DNA of 63,997 nucleotides, the filler included, from an uncultured bacterium (GTDB lineage: Bacteria > CAZSTA01), in assembly GCA_964609495.1 (NCBI GenBank). It is 9 parts of 9 records of this genome, joined end to end, with 100 filler letters (N's around TTAATTAATTAA, not from the genome) between each part and the next. Parts side by side here need not be neighbours in the genome. Positions count along the whole stretch, not along the records: positions 37,492 to 44,629 come from CAZSTA010000188.1; positions 44,730 to 51,840 come from CAZSTA010000189.1; positions 51,941 to 59,012 come from CAZSTA010000190.1; 6 more parts are not named here. One strand, written 5' to 3'. Position 1 is the first letter of the stretch. Each line of letters begins with the position of its first letter. The translations under genes and the position numbers were made by a program. A model generated the notes under the pieces. The model saw nothing but the letters and a program-made list of their open reading frames with translations. It was not told where the DNA came from and ran no database searches. Positions 41,802 through 51,941 of the stretch are shown piece after piece.

Positions 41802-43313
41802 ATGAAAAGTTACCAGAGGATCATTCTAGCTATACTCTCCGGTTTTCTCTTAGCTTTAAGCTTTCCCCGCTTTGATCTCGACTTTCTCTCTTGGATATGC
41901 TTAGTTCCCCTATTTTTAGCCTTATATAAAGCTGAGCGGAAGCTCTCGCTCCTCATAGGGCTAGTTATGGGCTTCACCTTTTTTGCAGTTATTCTATACT
42001 GGCTGAGGATATTTGGGACCCTTCCCTATATCGCTTTAGCTTTATATCTATCGCTCTTCATTATTGGTTTCTCCCTTATCTTTAATTATCTTTGGAGTAG
42101 ACTCGGAGATATTTATCTAATTCTGATAGCCCCTCTTCTCTGGACAAGTGTAGAATTGATTCGCTCTTGGGGCAATTGGGGATTTCCCTGGGGAGCTCTG
42201 GCTTATTCCCAATTCCGAAGGTTATATCTGATCCAGATAGCTGATATAACAGGAATTTACGGGGTCACTTATGTAATAGTATTAGTTAATGCCGCTCTAA
42301 CTTTACTCCTTATAAAAACCATAACCTGGAGGCAGAAGATAGGGGTTATTGCGGGGACGCTTGCGATTCTGATCTTGGTCTTGGGATACGGGGCAGTTAT
42401 GGTATCCAATCCCTCTTTGACCACCACCGATAAGGAGGTTAAGGTAGCTCTCGTTCAAGCTAATACCCTGCACGGATTAGATCTTGAAAAGGACGACCTC
42501 GATGAGAATACAATCGTTCATCAGGAACTTACTCTTAAAGCCATCTCTGAGAAGCCTCAGATAGTTGTTTGGGCAGAATCGGCTCTGCCCTTCGAGCTTC
42601 TCCGATATTCTTATATTGTCGATTGGGTATCTGATCTAGCCAAGAGGGTGGGAAGCTACATAATCCTCGGGTCAGGAGCTAGGGATGGTGATCTGGGCTA
42701 TAACTCCGCTTATATATTCTCCCCCAAAGGAGATATAGTAGGAAGATATGATAAGATCCATCTCGTGCCATTCGGGGAATATGTCCCTTTTAAGAAGATC
42801 TTCCCTTGGATCTTGGACTTTTACCCCAGTCAGATCCCGATACCAGATCGGGCGCGGGGAAATAGATTTGTGGTCTTTGATACCTCAGTGGGAAAGCTAG
42901 CGGTTGGGATCTGTTATGAATCGGTATTTCCAGAGATAGCCAGGGTTTTCTTCAGACGAGGAGCACAAATTCTCTTCATTATAACTAATGATGCTTGGTT
43001 CGGCACGACGATGGGGCCTCCCCAGCACGCCTCTATCTCGACTTTTCGGGCTATCGAAAATAGGACATATTTAGTGAGGGTAGCCAATACGGGGATATCG
43101 GGCATAATCGATCCTAAAGGGCGTTGGCAATTAAAGACCGAGCTGTTTGAACGAGGTGTTTTTACCGGAAGTGTGCAACCTGCAAGGGGTAGAACTTTCT
43201 ATATTATCTATGGGGATGTTTTCGTCTATCTATGCTTAATAGTATCCGCAATATTGGTAGTAATTACTTTATATAGAGATATGAAATCGAGGAAAGAAAC
43301 GGTGAGTAATTAA
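41802..43313 (+). CDS. lnt: Apolipoprotein N-acyltransferase
   Basis: GFPW, VWAESA, YDKIHLVPFGEY, ICYES, TNDAWFG and RVANTGIS motifs. Confidence 0.95.
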   Translation: MKSYQRIILAILSGFLLALSFPRFDLDFLSWICLVPLFLALYKAERKLSLLIGLVMGFTFFAVILYWLRIFGTLPYIALALYLSLFIIGFSLIFNYLWSRLGDIYLILIAPLLWTSVELIRSWGNWGFPWGALAYSQFRRLYLIQIADITGIYGVTYVIVLVNAALTLLLIKTITWRQKIGVIAGTLAILILVLGYGAVMVSNPSLTTTDKEVKVALVQANTLHGLDLEKDDLDENTIVHQELTLKAISEKPQIVVWAESALPFELLRYSYIVDWVSDLAKRVGSYIILGSGARDGDLGYNSAYIFSPKGDIVGRYDKIHLVPFGEYVPFKKIFPWILDFYPSQIPIPDRARGNRFVVFDTSVGKLAVGICYESVFPEIARVFFRRGAQILFIITNDAWFGTTMGPPQHASISTFRAIENRTYLVRVANTGISGIIDPKGRWQLKTELFERGVFTGSVQPARGRTFYIIYGDVFVYLCLIVSAILVVITLYRDMKSRKETVSN

Positions 43314-43346
43314 TCTCGAATTTCCATCACAACCCGAGGTGATTAT

Positions 43347-44451
43347 ATGGAGAAGGATTTGAAGGGCGATTTAGAGATGATAGGTGGCAAACTTGATGAT
43401 ATAAGGGGGCATCTTTGACTTAGATGCCAAAAGGGAAGAGCTTGCTGAGTTGGAGAGAAGGACTACTAAGCACGGTTTTTGGAATGGAAATCGGGAAGAG
43501 GTCCAAAAGGTCACCCGAAGGATAAGTTCTCTTAGGGGGGAAGTGGATGGTTGGAAGGAGCTTAAAGATCGTTATGAAGATCTTGAGATTCTTCGAGAGT
43601 TAGCCGTTACAGAAAATGATGAGCCTCTTTTACGAGAATTGGCGGAGGATATCGATTCCCTCATATCCGATCTATCGGAATGGGAAGCGAAGATGTTGTT
43701 GGGTGAAGATAACGATCGTTCCAATGCCATCCTCTCCATCCATCCAGGAGCAGGAGGAACGGAATCACAAGACTGGGCTCAGATGTTGATGAGGATGTAT
43801 CTGCGGTGGGCGGAGGAGAAGAAATGCAGGACTGAGATAATTGATTATCTGCCGGGAGATGAGGCTGGAATAAAGAGCGTAACTATCTTAATCTCGGGAG
43901 ATTACGCCTATGGTTATTTAAAAGCGGAGAAGGGGGTCCACCGCTTAGTGCGTCTCTCCCCTTTCGATTCGGCAAATAGACGACACACCTCCTTTGCTTC
44001 CGTAGATGTTATACCAGAAATAGATGAGAAGATAGATGTCGAGATAGACGAGGAGAATCTTAAAATCGAAACCTTCCACGCTACTGGAGCTGGAGGACAG
44101 CATGTGAACGTCACCGATTCCGCGGTCCGTATAACGCATATTCCCACCGGCATTGTGGTATCATGCCAGAATGAACGCTCTCAATATAAGAATAAAGCGA
44201 TGGCGATGAAGGTTCTAAGAGCCAGGCTCTACGAGAAGTACAGAGAGGAGCAGGAGAAGAAACTAGCGAAGTTAAGGGGGGAACAGAAGGAGATCGCTTG
44301 GGGAAGCCAGATAAGGTCCTATGTGCTTCATCCTTATAATATGGTTAAAGATCATCGCACTGGTGCGGAAACTTCCAATACCACCGCGGTTTTGGATGGT
44401 GATATAGACGAGTTTATCGAAGCATATTTGAGATGGAGAGTGGCTAGCTAG
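43347..44451 (+). CDS. prfB: Peptide chain release factor 2, with programmed +1 frameshift
   Basis: 23-codon first ORF from ATG 43347 ending AGGGGG-CAT-CTT-TGA-C; the +1 frame continues into SPF and GGQ motifs. Confidence 0.96.
43404..43419 (+). promoter_or_regulatory. RF2 autoregulatory +1 frameshift site
   Basis: Internal SD AGGGGG (43404-43409), 3-nt spacer, then CTT TGA C (43413-43419). Confidence 0.95.
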
Positions 44452-44506
44452 ACTTCGATATTAAGCGATAAGATACCGCTCTCTCCCCCCTTAAGGATTT
44501 CAAAAT

Positions 44507-44629
44507 ATTTAAGTAGCTTCAAAGAAATAATTGATCATTCTTAGTTTTTGATTGTGAGTTCAAGATATATTTCCCCCTCACCCTATCCCTCTCCCACGAG
44601 GGGAGAGGGAACGCTGAGATTGAACTAAA
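44507..44629. repeat. REP/MITE-like intergenic repeat with a CCCCTCACCC...CCTCTCCC..GGGGAGAGGG hairpin
   Basis: 44507-44590 matches the reverse complement of about 57075-57155. The hairpin core recurs at 44838-44872, 55472-55565, 58809-58870, 58955-59012, 37375-37391 and 63929-63951. Confidence 0.8.
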
Positions 44630-45143
44630 NNNNNNNNNNNNNNNNNNNNNNNNNNNNNNNNNNNNNNNNNNNNTTAATTAATTAANNNNNNNNNNNNNNN
44701 NNNNNNNNNNNNNNNNNNNNNNNNNNNNNGGGGGGACGAGAAATAATGCGAAGCATAGACTTAAGCTCTATCTCGATGTTCCCTAAAAGGTAACTTTTTT
44801 GCTTCAAATAGAACTCATGGTTAAAAAAGTTACCTTTTTCCCCTCGTGGGAGAGGGCCAGGGTGAGGGGGAGTTATAATTCGATCTGAAATCACCTTGAT
44901 CCCCGATTCTACATGCATCCGGGGTCTTGCCGACCCCAATTCATCCCCGAGGCGAGCATCAGGGTTTTCTTGACACGATTCTATAACCTATCTGGGAAGG
45001 AGGAGCTCATCTAAATTATACCATAATAATAAAATATTTGCTATATTTCTCTCCTAAATGGGGGGATTTTTAGATGAAGATATTTAAGAGGTCATAACCG
45101 AGAGCATAATTTTCTAACGTTTCCTTGTTATGCAACAAGTTAT

Positions 45144-45848
45144 TTAGCACGCATTAACCAGAGCTTGAAATAGTTTTTTGAAGATGGGATATTTTTTCCA
45201 TAATCGTTCTGGATGACATTGAATCCCAATTATAAAGCTGTTATTATCACTTTCGATCCCCTCAATCAAGCCATCGGAAGAACGAGCTGATATTCTAAAA
45301 CCTGGAGCAAGGTCCTTGACCGCTTGATGGTGATAGCTATTAACACGAAGTTCCTCCTGACCGAATATATCGAATAACTTTGTTCCTTTCTCGATCTTTA
45401 TTTTGTGGGTAACTGTAGAACCTATTGTATCCTGCCGATGTTTTAGGGAGGTATTCATTTGTGTTGATATATCCTGATATAGAGTCCCTCCTGTTGCTAC
45501 ATTGAGTATTTGAATTCCTCGACATATAGCTAGGATGGGGATATCACGCTCGATCGATTCTAGAATAAGTGTTTTTTCCGCTAAATCTCTGCTTACATCT
45601 ACTTTCCCTAGCTCTTTAAGTGGTTCCTCACCGTAAAGATAAGGGTCAATATCATATCCCCCATTTAGAAGTAATCCGTCTATGATGTCAATCATCCTTA
45701 TAGTATTCTCTTCATCTAAAACAGGGAGTAGGATAGGAACGCCTCCTACAGCCGTTATGGCTTCAATATAGGATGAATCTACAGAATTAATCCTCTCTGA
45801 TCCTACTAATACCTGTCCACAGCTAATACCAATGATCGGTTTCCTCAT
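45144..45848 (-). CDS. Gamma-glutamyl-GABA hydrolase family (peptidase C26)
   Basis: GGYDIDP..YGE, PILAICRGIQ, VNSYHHQAV and GIQCHPE motifs. Confidence 0.92.
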   Translation of the reverse strand: MRKPIIGISCGQVLVGSERINSVDSSYIEAITAVGGVPILLPVLDEENTIRMIDIIDGLLLNGGYDIDPYLYGEEPLKELGKVDVSRDLAEKTLILESIERDIPILAICRGIQILNVATGGTLYQDISTQMNTSLKHRQDTIGSTVTHKIKIEKGTKLFDIFGQEELRVNSYHHQAVKDLAPGFRISARSSDGLIEGIESDNNSFIIGIQCHPERLWKKYPIFKKLFQALVNAC

Positions 45849-46054
45849 TCGTTATCCTCTCGGCGTTTTAAAATTGGAAAGTAGAAAATAGAAATCGCTC
45901 CTCTATTTTCTACTTTCTATCTAATTTTACTTTCCAGCCCTCGATTTGGTGTGGAATCCGTGTTTATATTATATCACAGATAGGTGAGATTATCAAGTGT
46001 TCCAAATGGTAAATCGATCCTCTGATCTGAAGTATGAGGTTCTTCAAGTGACAG

Positions 46055-47748
46055 CTACTCTCTTCTCTCCAAAGCTTCCAACAATTTATCGCCTTCCTCT
46101 GGGGATATCTTACCGCTTTCGACCATCTTCAATATAGCTAATCTCTCAGCCTCTAGATCTCGCTTTTCTGGCTCTTCAACAGTAACCTTTCTCTCTCGCT
46201 CTTCAGTCGGAGGACTCGGTTGTTCCCAAGGCCATCCTTCCTCCTCCCAGGGCCACTTCCATCCCTCTTCCTCCCAAGGCCAGTGCCAACCAGGCTGATC
46301 CCAAGGCCAAGCCTTTCCTTCCCACTTCCCAGCGTGCTTTCTCATCCTCTCCTCCATCCTTCGTCCCATTCTCTCCATCCTCTCCCTTATCCTTTGGGCG
46401 AATTCTTCTCCTCGTCTGCCCATTTGCTCGGCATGGCGACCCATCTCCTCGAAATCGATCCCCTTCATTGCCTCCTCGATCTGCTTTCCGATCTGAGAAA
46501 AATCTACCTGCTTCATAGCCTCCTCAACGGTCTCCTGAATCTTTTGCCCAAGACGTTCAAAATCACCCCACTCGGCTCCCTTTCCCAGCTCGATTCTAAC
46601 ATTTCCCCCCTGAGACATCAAGGTGATCTCCGCTTTGCCGTCTCCTACAGTCCCTATTAACTCTCTTTCGGAACTCTTCTCCACTTTGAAGGGGATCCCT
46701 TCCTCGGTGCTGTAGCTTATCTCCCCTCCCTCAGTTCGCGCAGTAAGACGAACAGAGTTCTCCCTACCTAAATTGAGCCTTATATCACCATTTGCCTCGA
46801 AGTGATACTTTCCTTCGGAGGTGAGGGATAAAGAGAGATTGATATCTCCTTCGACATCCCCCGCTTCAGTTCCTCCTCTTAAATTGGAGGCTTTGAGATC
46901 TCCACTGATCCGATCAAGCGATACACTCCCCTGAATATCTTTGAGATCGGCATTTCCCTCGATATTTTTTGCCTCCACTCTGTCTTGAATATCGGCTAAG
47001 GAAAGATCTCCCCCGATGTGATCAAGCGATACGCTTCCCTGAATATCTCTGAGGCTAGTATTTCCCTCGATATTTTTTGCCTCTACTTTGTCTTGAATAT
47101 TAGCTAAGGTAAGATCTCCACTGATCCGATCAAGCGATACGCTTCCCTTAATGTCTCTGAGGCTAGTATTTCCCTCGATGTTCTTTGCCTCTACTTTGTC
47201 TTGAATATNNNNNNNNNNNNNNNNNNNNNNNNNNNNNNNNNNNNNNNNNNNNNNNNNNNNNNNNNNNNNNNNNNNNNNNNNNNNNNNNNNNNNNNNNNNN
47301 NNNNNNNNTTCTTTGCCTCTACTTTGTCTTGAATATTAGCTAAGGAAAGATCTCCACTGATCTGATCAAGCGATACGCTTCCCTGAATATCTCTGAGGCT
47401 AGTATTTCCCTCGATGTTCTTTGCCTCTACTTTGTCTTGAATATTAGCTAAGGAAAGATCTCCACTGATCCGATCAAGCGATACGCTTCCCTTAATGTCT
47501 CTAAGATCGGCATCTCCTTCGATATTCTTTGCCTCTACTCTGCTTCTGCTAGGAGCATAGATAGAACAATCGGTCTGGCTACTTATCCTGATCTCGTCTC
47601 CATCCTGTCTTATAGTAGCCTCGGTCTCATCTCCATCTATCACTACCCTGACTTTTCCCTCCTCGCCAGAGCTTATCTTAAGATCTCCCTGACAATCTGC
47701 TATAATCAAACTAGCGACATCCTCTATTGAAAAAGTTTTTTCGGACAT
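46055..47748 (-). CDS. DUF4097-type beta-solenoid repeat protein with a Trp-rich linker and C-terminal SHOCT-like domain; spans the scaffold gap 47209-47308
   Basis: The same 36-aa repeat lies on both sides of the gap; ERLAILKMVESGKISPEEGDKLLEAL tail. Confidence 0.8.
46900..47540 (-). repeat. Intragenic 108-bp (36 aa) tandem repeats
   Basis: TTTGCCTC anchors at about 46968, 47076, 47184, then 47312, 47420, 47528; unit EAKNIEGNTSLRDIQGSVSLDQISGDLSLANIQDKV. Confidence 0.9.
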
Positions 47749-47761
47749 TTTTAACCTCCTT

Positions 47762-48763
47762 TTATTCTAAATCTGATAGCCTCTTCAAGGCTTCCTCAAT
47801 ATCGATCTCCCCGCTCTCCACCATCTTCAAGATATTCATCTCTGGGGATTCCTCTTCGATAGGTTTAGTCGCTCCTGGTGCTTCTTCCTCAGTAACTAGC
47901 GGGCGAGTCTCACCCGATGGTCTCTCCTCAGGTTTAACGAAGACCTCCTCAGCCTCAAGAGGAACGATGTGGAGACTTCCGCTCATCGAATTGAATTGGA
48001 TGTCAGATCCTCCTCCGTTGATCTTACCACTCCAGTTACTGCGACTACTATTCGTTACCTCGCGGGGCAATTCACACTTTACCCCTCCGCTGAAGCTTTT
48101 GGTGCTGATAGTGCAACGACTATCGGGAGGGATCGCTAATTTCCAGCTACCACTAACCGTCTTAGCTTTGTATCTCCCCTCAGGATTTATAGTTGTCCCC
48201 AGGCGAATTCCACCGCTTACTGAGTTAGCTGACATAGAGGAGAGATGACAGTTAGTTAGAGTTATTCCACCGCTAACTGTGCCAACATCTAAAGAGCCAG
48301 TGAACTTATTCCCAGTGACTCCTCCACTCACGCTGTTGAGGTTGATATCTCCTTTGATATCGTCCAGAAGCAATCTTCCACTCACCGACTTATTACGAAC
48401 ATCTCCCTCGATATCCTCTACCTTGATAGGGCAGCTCACTCCTTTGATATTAAGATTTGCCTTTCTGGGAACTCTGACGTAATAATCGACTGTAACCCAA
48501 TTTTTACCCCAATTGAACCAACTGAAGGGTTGTCTAGGCTTCGTCTTAATCGACACCTTAGAGCCATCTTGTTTCATCTCTATGATGGTGCTGGAAGGCT
48601 CGGCTGGTCCCCAAAATCCCCTTGCTCGCTTCACTCCAGATACGCTTATCTCTGGTTTATCCCAACCTTTGATCTCTATACTCCCTTGGATATTATTAAG
48701 CGATAGCTCACAGCTTTCTCCCACTGAGAATGTCTTCTCGAATCTTTCCTCCTTATAGGACAT
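47762..48763 (-). CDS. DUF4097-family protein with C-terminal SHOCT-like domain
   Basis: Repeated SVSGxI strands; ILKMVESGEIDIEEALKRL tail. Confidence 0.82.
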   Translation of the reverse strand: MSYKEERFEKTFSVGESCELSLNNIQGSIEIKGWDKPEISVSGVKRARGFWGPAEPSSTIIEMKQDGSKVSIKTKPRQPFSWFNWGKNWVTVDYYVRVPRKANLNIKGVSCPIKVEDIEGDVRNKSVSGRLLLDDIKGDINLNSVSGGVTGNKFTGSLDVGTVSGGITLTNCHLSSMSANSVSGGIRLGTTINPEGRYKAKTVSGSWKLAIPPDSRCTISTKSFSGGVKCELPREVTNSSRSNWSGKINGGGSDIQFNSMSGSLHIVPLEAEEVFVKPEERPSGETRPLVTEEEAPGATKPIEEESPEMNILKMVESGEIDIEEALKRLSDLE

Positions 48764-48780
48764 ATCAGATCCCCTCCTTA

Positions 48781-49164
48781 TTACTCGATGTATATCTCTA
48801 CTCTTTCTTCTCCTTCGTTGTCCTCAACATCGAGGATCTTACCAACAGTTCCACTCCTAATGGCATTCGATATCTGCTCAATATCGATGTCTTTACCTTT
48901 AATAGCCTCAAATAGATTAAGCTTATCCCCAAACTTTAAGGCGATTTCAACTAAACTCAGAGGGATATTAAAGTTGATCTTGTTAGCTCCAGTCCTACTA
49001 CTAGTAAGTCTGAGACGCAACCAGCGATTAGAAGTAGCCTCTCTTACCTTAGCTTCTTCCGCCGCTCTACTCGATTCCAGTGCAGTCAATAGCTTAGCTC
49101 CCTCCTCAGCACTGATCGTCCCATCCTGAATCATCTGTAATATCCTCATTTTTTCCTCGTCCAT
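48781..49164 (-). CDS. SHOCT-like domain protein (YvlB-like N-terminus)
   Basis: EEKMRILQMIQDGTISAEEGAKLL...NIPL...GKILDV..GERVEIYIE. Confidence 0.8.
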   Translation of the reverse strand: MDEEKMRILQMIQDGTISAEEGAKLLTALESSRAAEEAKVREATSNRWLRLRLTSSRTGANKINFNIPLSLVEIALKFGDKLNLFEAIKGKDIDIEQISNAIRSGTVGKILDVEDNEGEERVEIYIE

Positions 49165-49178
49165 ATAATCATCTCCCT

Positions 49179-49562
49179 TTATCTGCTCCTAAGAAGCCTA
49201 GAGGCCTCATCGGCATTGATCTCACCATGAGCTAGATCGTCTAAGATCTGCCTTCTCCTATCTGGGGTAAGGATCGGTGGCTCAGGTGCTTTTACCCGAT
49301 CGCGATATCCTAATCGGATAAGCACCTCGTTTAATCTATTTACCACAGTTGGGTAGGATATACCCAACTCCATCCCGGTATCCTTGATACTTCCCCGGCA
49401 CTTGATGAAGGTCTCCACGAACTGTAATTGATCTTGGTCAAGGTGGTAGAACTTCCCTAGCTTGAAGTGACCCTCCAAAGCAGAATCGCAGGTGCGACAG
49501 TAGAGTCTAGTAACTTCCATTTCAGCTCCACACACTGGACAGCGGCTCATAACTGGATACAT
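49179..49562 (-). CDS. DUF2089 family Zn-ribbon/HTH regulator
   Basis: CPVCG...CRTC, FIKCRGSIK...GISYPTV..RL and a C-terminal SHOCT-like helix. Confidence 0.9.
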   Translation of the reverse strand: MYPVMSRCPVCGAEMEVTRLYCRTCDSALEGHFKLGKFYHLDQDQLQFVETFIKCRGSIKDTGMELGISYPTVVNRLNEVLIRLGYRDRVKAPEPPILTPDRRRQILDDLAHGEINADEASRLLRSR

Positions 49563-49875
49563 AAAACTTCCCTCCTTTGCAATTTACTCAAATATCACAT
49601 CTCATTCCAGATAGAATGCTCTGTACGACAAAGCCCTCTCGAAAGCTTTCTGACGATCGGTCTCTATCTCTTCATCTGATCATAGATAGCCCAGAACAGA
49701 GTAATCAGGAAAGCTCTCTCCAAGGCTCTCTGACGATCAATCTCTATCTCTCTTTCAGGGATCTGTCCTCTATAATACCTCTCAGTATTCTTAGTGATAT
49801 CCTGATCCTTTCTCCTCTCGACTATTAATTTGATTCGATAACCGGCTATGGATATGCTTAATATATTTAGCCATC

Positions 49876-49940
49876 TCCTTAAATATTTTAAGGGTTATCT
49901 TAACTATCTTAAATATACCATAGAATTTAAAACTTGTCAA
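49876..49940 (-). promoter_or_regulatory. Promoter of the DUF2089 operon with TTAA(G/A)ATA repeats over the start site
   Basis: Minus strand TTGACA-17 bp-TATATT (TG-extended), then TTAAGATAG TTAAGATAA CCC TTAAAATAT TTAAG. Confidence 0.6.
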
Positions 49941-50030
49941 TACTTTTTTAAAATTTTTTATAAAAAAATAGAAAATTTTTATGATATGATTAAATATCTT
50001 AATATAAAATAGCGATCAAGAATTGATATC

Positions 50031-50059
50031 TTGATTTATAGGATATCTTATAGTATAAT
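50031..50059 (+). promoter_or_regulatory. Divergent promoter for the GNAT gene
   Basis: TTGATT-17 bp-TATAAT. Confidence 0.55.
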
Positions 50060-50102
50060 TAAATGATTTCAAATTTTCAAAACAATGGAGGGATAACAAC
50101 GA

Positions 50103-51065
50103 ATGACAGTGAGATTCAGATCAGGGACTGAGGAGGATTTAGAAGAAATTTGGGATCTTATGGGTTTGGTGTTTGGGTCGAATTTTAGAGATTACTACAA
50201 AATTACGATGATCTGTGATTCCAGATTCGAACCAGATCAACTTCAATGTGCGGTAGTTGATGGAAAGATAGTGAGTGTATTACAGATTTTCGATAGGGAA
50301 GTGAGGATCGGAGAGGAGATCGTGGGAATGGGAGCGATAGCGGATGTGGCTACTCATCCAGATCATCGCGGGAAGAGATATTCCTCCACTCTGCTGGGGA
50401 GAACCATCGAATATATGAAGAAGAAGGGATATGGTATCTCACTTCTATTCACGGGGGAGCCACGTTATAATTTTTATGGAAGGTATGGTTGGAAACCTTT
50501 TCCCACCTGGGGATTCGAGGTAGATGTTGATAAAGTTAGGCTGGAGGATGATCAGAAGATAAATCGCATCTTCAACCACTTTTTTGAGATTCCTTATATA
50601 AAGTCTATCTATGAAGAGTATAATAGGGGATTGATAGGAACTATAGTTCGAGATACGGATTATTGGGATGATCATCTTCACTGGACAGATAAATCTCTAG
50701 GACCGTATGTCGGTGAGGAGCCGAGTCTATTCCAACTCTGGCCAGAGGATGGGTATCCTAAAGCCTATATCCGGGCTAGAAAAGGATGGGATAATAAGTC
50801 GGTGTTGATAACTGAATGCTGTTATCTGGAGGGATATGGAGAAGCCACCTTAAAATTTTTGCCTAAAATAGCCGATTTCGCGACTAAGAACGGATTAAAG
50901 AAGATCGCGGCTGGCTTACCAAGTCAACATCCTATTGCTCAATGGATGCTATCCTGTGGCGGAGATAAGGTGGAATATAAAATTCTGATAAACTTCTTGA
51001 AAAGGAAATATAAAGATAAAGTTCTAAATGGTGAATTCATCTTTTGGGCAACTGATATGTTCTAG
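50103..51065 (+). CDS. Eis-like tandem GNAT acetyltransferase
   Basis: GAIADVATHPDHRGKRYS, ISLLF and FYGRYGW motifs; second GNAT-like domain. Confidence 0.85.
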   Translation: MTVRFRSGTEEDLEEIWDLMGLVFGSNFRDYYKITMICDSRFEPDQLQCAVVDGKIVSVLQIFDREVRIGEEIVGMGAIADVATHPDHRGKRYSSTLLGRTIEYMKKKGYGISLLFTGEPRYNFYGRYGWKPFPTWGFEVDVDKVRLEDDQKINRIFNHFFEIPYIKSIYEEYNRGLIGTIVRDTDYWDDHLHWTDKSLGPYVGEEPSLFQLWPEDGYPKAYIRARKGWDNKSVLITECCYLEGYGEATLKFLPKIADFATKNGLKKIAAGLPSQHPIAQWMLSCGGDKVEYKILINFLKRKYKDKVLNGEFIFWATDMF

Positions 51066-51104
51066 TTGAGGAGCAGCCTTACTGGTAGGGAATATATATG
51101 AAAT

Positions 51105-51139
51105 TTGCCTCTTGACCATCTCTGGTTGCAAGAGGCAAT
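51105..51139. terminator. Hairpin between convergent GNAT and rplT
   Basis: TTGCCTCTTG...CAAGAGGCAA inverted repeat. Confidence 0.5.
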
Positions 51140-51230
51140 ATCGGAAAAGAAGCGGAACGTCACGATCCAGGTGGATGATAACTTTTGCATTTCTGCTCTC
51201 TCTCCCGGATAAGAGAGAAAGCTAGTCCCT

Positions 51231-51593
51231 CTATACCTTCTCTATTTCCGCCTTAGCTATCCTAACAAGTTCAGAGAAAGAACTTTCGTTATTGACAGCT
51301 AATTCAGCTAACATCTTTCTATTTACTTCAACGCCAGCCTTCCTCAACCCCCCGATTAATTTGCTATATGACATCCCATGGACCCTAGCAGCGGCATTTA
51401 TCCGAGTGATCCAGAGTTTACGAAAATCCCTCTTTCTCGCTCTTCGATCTCGGTAGGAATATTGCAGAGCTTTCATTACAGCTTCATGAGCTCTACGGAA
51501 TATCTTACTCTTTTGCCCTCTATATCCCTTAGCTAACTTTAAGATCCTTTTTTTTCTTTTCCGACTGGCAGCACTATGCTTAATCCTTGCCAT
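51231..51593 (-). CDS. rplT: 50S ribosomal protein L20
   Basis: [27 protein letters not shown] and NRKMLAELA motifs. Confidence 0.98.
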   Translation of the reverse strand: MARIKHSAASRKRKKRILKLAKGYRGQKSKIFRRAHEAVMKALQYSYRDRRARKRDFRKLWITRINAAARVHGMSYSKLIGGLRKAGVEVNRKMLAELAVNNESSFSELVRIAKAEIEKV

Positions 51594-51621
51594 ATCTTAC
51601 ATCTTTCCTTTCTAAAAATAA

Positions 51622-51822
51622 TTAGCTATAAGGCAAAAGCCTTTTTACGTGCTTCAAGTCAGCCTTATTAACTAGGGCAGAACTAGTTAACCTCCTTTTT
51701 CTCTTGGAAGTTTTTCCTGCCCTCAAGTGAGTGGAAAAAGCTCTAGTTCTTTTGAACTTTCCCGTAGCAGTTCTTTTGAACCTTTTAGAGGAGCTTTTGT
51801 GGGTCTTCATCTTAGGCATCAT
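51622..51822 (-). CDS. rpmI: 50S ribosomal protein L35
   Basis: MPKMKTHKSSSKRFKRTATGK motif. Confidence 0.97.
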   Translation of the reverse strand: MMPKMKTHKSSSKRFKRTATGKFKRTRAFSTHLRAGKTSKRKRRLTSSALVNKADLKHVKRLLPYS

Positions 51823-51941
51823 TTCACCTCCGCGGCGAGANNNNNNNNNNNNNNNNNNNNNNNNNNNNNNNNNNNNNNNNNNNNTTAATTAATTAANNNN
51901 NNNNNNNNNNNNNNNNNNNNNNNNNNNNNNNNNNNNNNNNA

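Noticed and set aside
44682..44939. 85-aa minus-strand ORF containing PPHPGPLPRGE
   Set aside because: It is a translation of the REP-like repeat and runs into the N linker.
49630..49751. Mini-CRISPR array (42-bp repeats, 38-bp spacer)
   Set aside because: Only two diverged copies, no palindromic repeat and no cas genes in the window.
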